Assembly: GCA_951406725.2 (NCBI GenBank)
Contig: OX597814.1
Span: 77,004,001 to 77,068,000 of the forward strand
Length of the DNA: 64,000 nt
Direction of reading: 5' to 3'
Source: Octopus vulgaris
Lineage: Eukaryota
Part shown: positions 53,421 to 64,000 of the stretch, in pieces
How positions within the stretch are numbered: position 1 is the stretch's first letter
How the letters are laid out: the number at the start of each line of letters is the position of its first letter
Notes under the pieces: generated by a model
What the model was told of the DNA's origin: nothing
Seen by the model: the letters and a program-made list of their open reading frames with translations, nothing else
Databases searched by the model: none
Position numbers and translations under genes: made by a program

Positions 53421-53766
53421 GTATGTGTGTATAGCTGTATATGTATACATTTATTTCTATACATATAGATGTATATGTATACATGTATATGTGTAGATGT
53501 ATATATATATATATATAGGTGTACATGTAATATGCACACATATATTCACATATATACATGCATACATATATACACCCATACACACACACACACACACTGT
53601 GTGGTAACAAACTTGGTTCCAAAACACATGGTCCTGGGTTCAGTCCCATTGTGTGGTGACTTGGCATGTGTCTTCTACTATAGCCTCAGACCAACGAAAG
53701 CCTTGTCAGTGGATTTTGCAGACAGAAACTGAAAGAAATCAATCGTATATATATGTATGTATATAT

Positions 53767-56700
53767 GTTAGTTAGTTAGTTAATTTGGCTCAAAAGCAAA
53801 TAGCAAGGCCATGTAGGGGGACATGGAGTTAAGTACAGGGTGGTGTTCATGTAAAGAGTTCAGGCCACTTGAGGTCCAGGGAGGCTTTGAACAAAGCGGT
53901 CGTCGGCATCTTCACCATCTCGTCTGACAGCTTCTTCCACGGATCCGCAACCCGGACGGAGAAATCTCCTCTCCTTCGATTGAGATGAAATCGTCGCAGG
54001 TAGAGCTTTTCGGAATGACCCCGCAGCCGACGCTCCGGAGCAGGAGTGAAGAACAGCTCTTTCGAGAGGTTACACTTCCCGCTTATGATGTTGTGGGCGA
54101 GAATGGGATCACCACGGCGGCGGCGTTTTTCAAGAGAATAAAGGTCGAGCGTCCTCAGCCTTTCTTCGTAGGACAAATTTTTGAGACCATGAACCATGCG
54201 GGTAGCCAGCCTCTGGACTCTTTCGAGATGCTGTATGTCTTTGAGGAGATAAGGAGAAGAGGCTTGAATCCCATACTCCAATATGGGTCTCACCAGCGTG
54301 ACATAGAGTGGTAGGAATATGGCTGCTGTGAGCATTCCGAATGACCGTCGAATCAAAAACAGAATTCCGCGCACTTTGTTGGCAGCATGGACGCACTGGG
54401 CCGAAGGCGAAAAGGAGGGATCCACCAAGATACCCAGGTCCTTTACCTGATCGGTCCTCTCCAGCAGCAGACGACCCGGCTCGAAATCAAGTTGAGTTGC
54501 AGGAGTAGAGCCGACAGGCAGATGACAGCACTTTGACACGTTCAGACACAGGTCCCAATCGTTAGACCACTTCCAAATTTGGTGGAGGCATCGACGAAGA
54601 TCCTCTATACTACCGCGAGGAGCGACCAGTTTGATATCGTCGGCAAATAGAAGGGTGTGTTGCGTGAGGTCGTCGGGCAAGTCATTTATGAAGACTAAGA
54701 ACAACAAGGGCCCAAGCACTGAACCTTGAGGCACGCCACTGCTCGCACTGGAGTCGTCGGACCGCGAACCATTAACTTGAACTTGGAAGGAGCGATCTGA
54801 GAGGAAGGCACCAACCCATCGTACAATATCCGGATGGAAACTATATGCTTGAAGCTTGACAAGTAGTAGGCGGTGGTTTACCGAGTCAAAAGCTTTGGCA
54901 AAGTCCAATAAAACGATGTCAACAGCATCACTATCATCGAGGATGCGCGTCACCAATTCTTCCATTACTAGTAAGTTGGTCAAGCATGATCTCTTCGGCA
55001 CGAAGCCGTGTTGGGAATCAGTGATCGAGGCTGTGTTTAGGAGGTGGAGCATCATACTTTTCTTAAGGATGGTTTCGAACATCTTGCTGATTATTGATGT
55101 AAGGAAACCGGTCGGTAGTTAAGCGGGTCTTCGCGGCTCCCTTTCTTGAAAATTGGGCAGATTATCGCTGTTCTCCAGTCTGCAGGTATAACACCCGTCG
55201 CCAATGACATATTGAATAGTCGTGTTAAGGGCTCGCAGATGACCGGAGCCAACGCTTTGATAACCCGTGGGTGTATGCCGTCAGGGCCGTGACTCTTGTT
55301 GACATCGAGGCCTTGAATAACACGTTTGACTTCGTCCCGCGTGATGACCAATTGAAGCATTGGAGGTACCGATCTATCAAATGGAGGGGGTTCACGACCA
55401 TCATCTTGTTTGAAAATAGTTGAAAAAGCCTCGGCAAATAATTGACTCTGTTGATAAGGGTCCTCAATCGATACGCCTGTTGAGTCTACCAACGTTGCAA
55501 TCTGGTTGTTCAAGCGGGAATTCCGCTGGACATGGGCAAAGAAGGTTTTTGGATTGCTACTGGCATTTGCCGCGATTTTGTATTCATAACTGAAGCGTTC
55601 TTTCTTTTCAATTTTCACGGCTCGGTCTCGTTGAGCTTTGTACACCTCAAAAGCTGCAGTCGAATCCAGATTTTTGAATTCAGCCCAAGCAATATCTCTG
55701 AGTCGACGTTCTCGTTTAACCTTCTTCGTCACCCAGGGCTTGTGTTTCTTCCTCTTGGGAAGCCCAACGGGAACTGCCTGGTCAGTCAAACAGATTACAT
55801 ATGCTTTGAGGGATGACCATAGTTCGTCAACTGAGGACAACGTCATCAGGGATCGCCAGTCCAGAAGCGCGGAAGCCTCGGTTAGAATTTCAAGATTAAT
55901 TGCAGAGAAGACTCTACGTGGCAGCGAAGTAATCGTGGGCGTAGAAAAAGTTGTGTGCATGACGAACTTCAGGACCGCATGATCACTCTTGGCAAGAGGG
56001 GCGCACACAGATACGTCTGACACTGATCTTGGATAGCGGGAGAATACCAGATCTAGCATAGATGGCTGCTGCCCAGACCGATGCCTTGTCGGATATTCAA
56101 CATGTTGCGATAGAAAACAATCTTCAGCCACGTCAAGAAGGGCCTGGCCGAACCGGGAAGATGTTGTACAAATTGATGCGGGCCAATCGATCGTGGGAGC
56201 GTTGAAGTCGCCTAGTACCAAGCAGTCATGCGAAGCTGAAACGAATCTTATCGCTTCGAGTAGATGAGCATCGTCCTGGGGGGTCGGCTAGAGGCGGCCT
56301 GTAGACAGCCAACACGGGCAGGCAAAACTCAGATAGGCTCAGCTTGCAATAGACGGCATCGAATTTTGTTGTAGGTTGAGCATTTGTGGGTAGAATACCG
56401 CAGGACGGTTTGTGCTCAGACTTAACATACACAGCAACACCTCCACCTCGCCTTTTTCCTCTGTCACATCTGAAAAGGACGTAGCCTTGCAGGTGGATTT
56501 CTGAGTCCTTTACTGCTGGAGTCAGCCAAGTCTCGGTGATAGCTATCACATCAGGGGAGTCACGTATGGCCAGTGTAAATAGTTCACTGAACTTTGGGAA
56601 TAAGGAGCACGAGTTGGTGTAGACGATGCTGAGCTGTGAAGTCTGAGGGGCGGGAGTTGGGAAACAAGCAGAATAAAGGGCATCAGAGATAGCATCGTTG

Positions 56701-57056
56701 ACGGGGGTATCAACTTCACTTCGATTTGCCCTCACATCACTTTCCCTGTCAGCACTACAGCATGGGACCAGAGGTAGGACTTGATTATCTGTCCATCTTG
56801 GATTCGTAAACACTTCTCTCCCATTTGTTTCCTCATCTTTAGTTCGGATATCAGGTTCCTCCGGCGAATTCTCTCTCTTAGTGAGTATTCCTCGCGAAAA
56901 CCCATATTGGGGTCCTCCCAGGCATGCGTCTGAGCTCTGTTCAGAAAGACTGAAGCCGCCCGATCAGAAGAAAAGATTATCCCTTATTGGGCGTGGTCTA
57001 GTTATCTGCGGTTGGGTTCGCTTGGAATCTTCCTAGCCGAGCGACCTTAAGAGCAC
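53767..57056 (-). mobile_element. Young, near-complete CR1/L2-group LINE (ORF1 tail, APE endonuclease, RT) with (TAAC)n tail
   Basis: ORFs 56226-56813 (YTNSCSL, IAITETWL, RRGGGVAVYV, YRPP), 55091-56221 (LGDFNAP, SDH, KSHGPDG, NYRPVSL) and 53847-55082 (QHGF, DFAKAFD, GVPQGSVLGP, FADD, RPILEY) join by two frameshifts. The tail is gttagttagttagtta on the plus strand. It splits the SINE at 53597-57210. Confidence 0.96.
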
Positions 57057-57225
57057 GTGTGTGTCTTTGTGTTTCTCCTTCATCACTGCCTCATAACTGG
57101 TGTTCGTTTATTTACATCCCCATAACTTACTGGTTTCACAAGAAGAAACTGATAGAATAAGTACCAGGCTTATCAAAATATTAAAAAAACACGAGGCAGT
57201 ATCTCATATCTTTGTGTGTGTGTGT

Positions 57226-57263
<38 letters not shown>

Positions 57264-57371
57264 ATATATATATATATATATATGTAGGTCCCGGCTAGAT
57301 TCGGGGTTAACCACAGTAAATAAGGTACTCAAAACATAGCAGAGTAAAGTTAATTTAAATTATATAGAAGG

Positions 57372-57422
57372 AGCTTCTACAGGACTAGAACTGTTTCATT
57401 CAAGAGAAATCATCAGGAAGCT
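57372..57422 (-). ncRNA. Type-I hammerhead ribozyme motif (mirror copy)
   Basis: Exact reverse complement of 61769-61819. Confidence 0.75.
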
Positions 57423-57965
57423 AGTTAGCAAGAATTATTTTGGCATTTATACATTTAGGCAGGTTTAAAGGGGTGGTGGTGGGGGACTTTTTGGGGGTAG
57501 GCATAGCGCAAAAATATCATACTTAGGGGAGTGGTCAAGGAGTCAGTGGTAAAGTAGATAAAAGAATAAATAAAAGAATAAAAAATATATAAATAGAAGA
57601 ATAGAGTTTTAGGTAAATAAGTAGACTCTCACTTATACATATACACATATGTATATATATACACACACACACACATAAACATACACACATATACATACAT
57701 ATATATATATATATATATACCCGGCAACCAGATTGACGACACCCCACCCACAAACCCCCCAATCCCACCGTTCCCCTAGCACCCCCGATTACCTTTTCTC
57801 CTAAGACCTTTCACATATTGTATGTGTACGCTTGTATATGTGTATCGTATATATGTATAGAAATGTATGGGTATAGTAGGAATATACGCATGTATTATGT
57901 GTGTGTGTGTGTATGTATGTATATATATATGTGTGTGTGTGTATATATGTATATATATATATGTG

Positions 57966-58061
<96 letters not shown>

Positions 58062-59388
58062 CAAGTGTACGCTAGTGTGTCGATGTATATGTAGGTATGT
58101 AGAGTTATGTGTATGTGCATGTATGTGTGTGTATATACAGATGTGTAGATGGGTATATATATATATATATATATATATCACGCATGTACGCATACATGCA
58201 CACACACACACACGCACGTACACATACATACATACACACACACATACATACACCCATACACATACATGCATCCTACACACACAGACATACACACTCACAC
58301 ACACATACACACACACACACTCACTCACACAGCTGCATGTACGCGCACACACATGCACATACACACACTTCCACACACACACACGTACATACATACACAC
58401 TCATACACACACACACACACACACACACGGACATACATCTATACACTCACATATACACACACACATACTTACATACATTCATCGGACACACTGACACTCA
58501 GACTTACACACAGACACACTCACACATCCACACACATACATACTCACACACGCAATCGCAGGCGCGCGCACATGCTCGCTTGTGCGCGTTCGCGCACGCA
58601 TACACGCACGCTTGCACCACGCTCATGGTTGACCGACCGGATCTCCTGTCCGTATCTGGGGCCGGCGCGTTGTCTTTGGGTTCTCCCACGCCTGTCGCCG
58701 CGGGACCACTCTTCCATCTTCCCCCTCCAATCCCCCCCCCCCTTCGCTGCAGTTCTTTTTCCTTTAACCCCCCCCCCTTTTGTACACACACGCACACACA
58801 TACACACACCCACTCACACACACACATTTGCATATATATACACATTACACTTACACACACTTCAAATTTACTTGCCACACACACAACTACGCACGCTGGA
58901 CATATACCACACGCACACACTCACACATACATACACACGCACACACACATACCTCCCTGCTTCTGATCTGCCTTTCTGACCTGCTAGGGTACCCCCACAC
59001 CACTCCTTTAATTCTACTACTGCTTGCTACTAGCCATTGTCCACCATACACACACATACACACACACGCACACTCACACACACACACGGTCATCTCGCAA
59101 CACCTTTTTTACCATTCCCTCATTGATTCAGCTCTCCTGTTTTTAAAAAAATGTTCCTCCTTTTTTACTACTTCCGTCTTTTCAGTATGTGACCTCGTGA
59201 AGACGACCTGCAATTTTTTTCCTCTGTCCTCCCGTCCCGGGATCTTTCTTTCTTTCTCTTATGTTTCCGACGAAGAGCTCCGCTCGAAACGTCATACCCT
59301 CCTTCTTCCATTTTCCTGAGCGCCTAATAATAATAATACTGTAATTGTTCCACGTGTTGTTGTTTTTTCTGTTTTCCCGTTTGGATTA

Positions 59389-59449
<61 letters not shown>

Positions 59450-59905
59450 GTAGGTATGTAGAGTTATACGTATGTGCATGTATGTGTGTATATATGCATA
59501 TGTGTAGATAGGTGTATATATATGTATATATATATATATGTATATATATATGTATATATATGTATATATGTATATATATATATATATGTGTGTATGTTTA
59601 TATGAATGTTTCCGTCTGTATAAAGGGTAACTGCATGTATATATATACTTATTATTTATTATTTATTACTTATTACTTATTATTTATTACTTGAGTATGC
59701 GTTTGTATGCATGTATGTATTTATGTATATAAGGTGGCGCGTGAGTGTGTGTATGTGTATGCACTTGTATAGAAATATGTATACATTTATGCATGTATGT
59801 ACTTATGTGTATATACGTGTATATATATGTGTGTATGTGTATGTGTGTGTGTGTATGAGTATGTATGTATGTATGCACACATGTGTATGTATATGTATAT
59901 ATATG

Positions 59906-59936
<31 letters not shown>

Positions 59937-60175
59937 ATATGTATATATATATGTGTGTGTGTGTATGTGTGTATATGTATGTATATATATATGTGTGTAT
60001 GTGTATGTGTGTGTATATATATGTATATATATATGTGAATGTGTGTGTATATGTATATATATATATATATGTGTGTGTAAGTGTGTGTATATATGTATGT
60101 GTAAGTGTGTATATGTTTGCTTGTATGTATATGTATATATGTGTATGTGTGTGTATATGTATATGTATATGCATA

Positions 60176-60228
<53 letters not shown>

Positions 60229-60671
60229 GTATATGTATATGTATGTGTATATGTACATATACGTGTACGCCCGTGTGTTTATGTATATGTAGGTATGTAG
60301 AGTTATGTATGTATGTATGTATATATACATATGTGTAAATAGGTATATATGTGTAAGTTTATATGTATGTATCCGTCTGTATAATAGGTAACTGCACGTA
60401 TATATATTTAATATTTATTATTTATTTTTTGAGTATGCATGTATGTATATGAATAACTGCACGTATATATATTTTATTATTTATTTTTTGAGTATGCATG
60501 TAAGTATATGAACATAAGGAGGCGCGTGTGTGTGTGTATGTGTAAGCATATGTATAAATATATGTATACTTTAACGCATGTGTGTACTTATGTGTATATA
60601 TGGATGCGCGTGTGTGTGTGTGTATGTGAACGCATGTATATGTGTATATGTGTGTATGTATATATATATAT

Positions 60672-60702
<31 letters not shown>

Positions 60703-61446
60703 AATATATATATATATATGTATATATATGTGTATATGTATGTATGTGTATATATATATATATGTATATGTATATGTGTGGGTGTGTGTATGTGTATATA
60801 TGTATGTATGTATAGGTGTATGTATATGTATGTATATATACGTATATATATGTGTATGTGTATGTATGTGTATGTAGGTGTATATGTATATGTGTATATA
60901 TATTTATTGGTGTATATGTATGGACTAGTCTTCTGTGGGTGTATTAAGGTATGTATGTGTAAGCGTGTAGACATGAATCTGTAGGTACGCGTACGTATGT
61001 GTATATATGTGAATGTATGTAGATGTATGTATGTATGAATATAACGCGTGCGTGCGTGTATGTGTATGAGTGTACGAATGAGTGTGTGTGCGTGCGAATG
61101 AGTGTGCGTGCGTGAGTGAGTGCTTGTGTTCGAGTAGAAAGATAAATGGACTTGCTGTCGTCCCCAGGGGGACGATAGCCAAGATGCTTGTGACCGCGGT
61201 CAAAGATAACAAAAGTAATAAATGAAAATAATAATAAAATTAAAATAAGGGAATGGGTTTGTATGTGTATGTATATGTGTGTATGTGTAGGTATGTATAG
61301 GTACACATATGTATATATGTATATATGTGTATATATGGACATGTGTGTGCATGTGTGTATGTATATATGTATGTGTATGTGTGTATGTGTATGTGTGTGT
61401 ATGTATATATTTGTATGTATATGTATGTGTGGGCGTGTGTGTATAT

Positions 61447-61500
<54 letters not shown>

Positions 61501-61768
61501 ATGTGTGTATGTATATGTGTGTGTGTGTGTATATATATACATATGTGTATATGTATAAGTGAGAGTCTACTTATTTACCTAAAACTCTATTCTTCTATTT
61601 ATATTTTTTTTATTCTTTTATTTATTCTTTTATCTACTTTACCACTGACTCCTTGACCACTCCCCTAAGTATGATATTTTTGCGCTATGCCTACCCCCAA
61701 AAAGTCCCCCACCACCACCCCTTTAAACCTGCCTAAATGTATAAATGCCAAAACAATTCTTGTTAACT

Positions 61769-61819
61769 AGCTTCCTGATGATTTCTCTTGAATGAAACAG
61801 TTCTAGTCCTGTAGAAGCT
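61769..61819 (+). ncRNA. Type-I hammerhead ribozyme motif
   Basis: AGCTTC CTGATGA t TTC-tctt-GAA t GAAA CAG-ttctagtc-CTG TA GAAGCT: 6-bp stem I, canonical CUGAUGA/GAAA core, stem III ACAG/CTGT, GUA cleavage triplet. Stem II lacks the usual G-C closing pair. Confidence 0.8.
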
Positions 61820-62113
61820 CCTTCTATATAATAAATATATATATATATATGGATTTCGTAGACAGAAAATTAAAGAAATCAATCGTATATATATATGTAT
61901 GTATATATTTAAGTGTATGTGTGTGATTTTGTTTCTGTGTTTCACCCTCGTCACTGCTTCACAAATGCTGCTCGTTTATTTACATCCCCATACCTTACTG
62001 GTTTCACAAGAAGAAACTAATAGAATAAGTCCAGGCTTATCAATATAAAAGAAGCACTACGCTGTGTCTCATATTTTTGTTTACCCACTCAGTTGTATCT
62101 ATCAATTTATCTT

Positions 62114-62246
<133 letters not shown>

Positions 62247-62269
62247 GGATGTATATGTGTACATTCATA

Positions 62270-63942
62270 TCTATTATATCAAAGACAATGTTTTTATGCG
62301 TTTGTGTGTTACTTATACATTCGAAAACTGCTGCACCGATCTTAATGAAATTTGGAACACAACATCGACGCCTAGGGAGAAGGGTAATGCTGTGTGTTTC
62401 ATAGAATTTTATGGACCAAAATTACTGAATGGATCCTTATGATATTTGAAACTTAGATTCAATGCATAAGGGCGGGTATAATGCAATATGTTTCGTTTGA
62501 ATTTCAGATGGCTTAAAGGGGGCAGAACCCCCCATGAAAATTCATAAATTTTCGATGTTGATGAAATTTCAACCATGGGTAATTGACACACATCAAGAAG
62601 TATTCTCAAAGTTTCCACTTCACATGAGGATTTTAAGACACCCTAATGGGGGTCTTAACTCCCAAATTTTAGTCATTTCTTTCATCATCCAAAACTAAGT
62701 AAAAAGTACTGAATGGATCTTTATGAAATTTGGAAATTATATTCTATGCATGAGGGCCACAACCCCCATGACAATTCATATATTTTTGTTGTGATGTAAT
62801 TTTAACCATAGATATTAGATACAAATGAAGTAATATTTATAAAATTTCATCTTCTTACAAGTTAGAAAGGCCCCTTCATGGGGACTTAACACCCACAATT
62901 TAGTCATTTTATCTAAGCAAAGACAAATAGTTGTATTCTTTGAAGCTGTGGGGTCATCCGAGCATAGAAGATGAGCATTATTTGTAATTCAATGGTACAA
63001 CAGTGTAAGAGTTTGCTTTGACATACACTTACATTGTGATTTCTGCAATGTGCTACATAAATTGTCAAGTAAATGAGAGGCATCTTTGCTTCCACTGATT
63101 CAGTTGCAAAGTTTTGAGTAAAGTTATTTGATTGCAGATCTCCTTTCAGTCTTTTTATTACCTCTGGGTCACACATAGTCCACACATGGTAACATTGATT
63201 TCAAGGCCTTCCCAGATGAGTAACTAGTTATTCAAAGACATTTATAGATCTAATATTTATTCTGTCCAGTTACGTATCAGTATAGTGGTCATTTGCAAAC
63301 TCCAACTTTCATTTCTCCTTAGCCCTCACGTCACACAGTTGTTAATATTTATTTCAGTTGGGTCATGCCCTTCCAAATGCTATAGATTCGTAATGCATCT
63401 TACGGCTGTGCCTGTCACCAGCATGGAGGAATACTACATTGGGAGTTGTAACGACTAGGGTAGGGTAGCTGACTGCTTATTGTGATCATTCGTCTTTTGG
63501 TTTCCTGTAGCTTTGCTCTCTTTTACAAACCCAGTGAACATATATTTCCTATTTCAAAGAAATTCAAACAATAGATATGAGACTCAAGTTAAAAAGATTC
63601 TCAACAATTCAAATTCTCTGGTTGACATTAAGATGCCCACCCCTAATAGGGGCGTTAACTCTCACATTTTAGAGCTCCAATACATCCATTTTTCAGGAGC
63701 AAAATCCATTTAACAGGTTCTATAAGACTGGAATTTTGGAATATGTGCATAAAAATCAGTAGTATGGGATACATGTGGCACGATTACAATTTTGTTTGGG
63801 TGTGTAAAGAGGGAAATAACCCTCATCTGCAATTTTGATGAAATTCGAAACAAAGGTATTCCAGTTCATCACAGAAAATATAACAGAAAAGTCTAATTCT
63901 TCAAGTGTTTGTAACTCGGGCAACGCCGGGTAACTCTGCTAG
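62270..63942 (+). mobile_element. Complete non-autonomous Helitron (about 1.67 kb)
   Basis: A|TC 5' end at 62270. 3' hairpin ctcgggcaacgccggg (63915-63930) and CTAG|T at 63939-63942. Paralog at 21410-22719. Confidence 0.85.
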
Positions 63943-64000
63943 TTATACCTAAAATCTCCAAGAAGTTAAGGGGATAGAAAAAGAACATGCAGACATACTC

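Larger units (their letters stand above)
57361..61830. mobile_element. About 4.5-kb microsatellite-filled element bounded by about 350-bp inverted repeats, each with a complete type-I hammerhead (Penelope/retrozyme-like)
   Basis: 57361-about 57720 is the reverse complement of about 61480-61830. No real ORF inside. An internal terminal repeat of the 27003 family lies at 59240-59390. Confidence 0.75.

Noticed and set aside
53985-55982. Plus-strand ORFs overlapping the CR1-like LINE (also the antisense ORFs over the Gypsy and RTE elements)
   Set aside because: They are antisense shadows of retroelement coding sequence with no independent motifs.

Overview
AT-rich eukaryotic DNA, saturated with microsatellites and almost entirely transposon-derived. 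The SINE families with internal (TA)n/(TG)n and GTAAAAGAGTA-type tails point to an octopus/cephalopod genome; this is inferred from recognition, not tested. Most ORF-track entries are microsatellite translation artefacts. Mobile elements include a decayed mariner, a Tigger-like pogo fragment, a decayed Gypsy LTR element with a Tx1 LINE apparently nested in its 5' LTR, six RTE-type LINE fragments, two CR1/L2-type LINEs (one near-intact), R4/Dong-type fragments, Penelope-like (GIY-YIG) remnants, several Helitrons and many tRNA-derived SINEs. The only convincing host coding sequence is a terminal exon for a chitin-binding (peritrophin-A/CBM14-like) domain at 43698-43876, missed by the ORF track and followed in frame by a decayed second domain. 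The most interesting unexplained layer is about a dozen minimal type-I hammerhead-ribozyme-like motifs with palindromic stem III in Penelope-derived non-coding repeats. Several sit in the arms or at the apex of fold-back inverted repeats. There is also an old segmental duplication (about 16.0-22.7 kb vs 52.9-63.9 kb). All alignments and foldings were done by eye.
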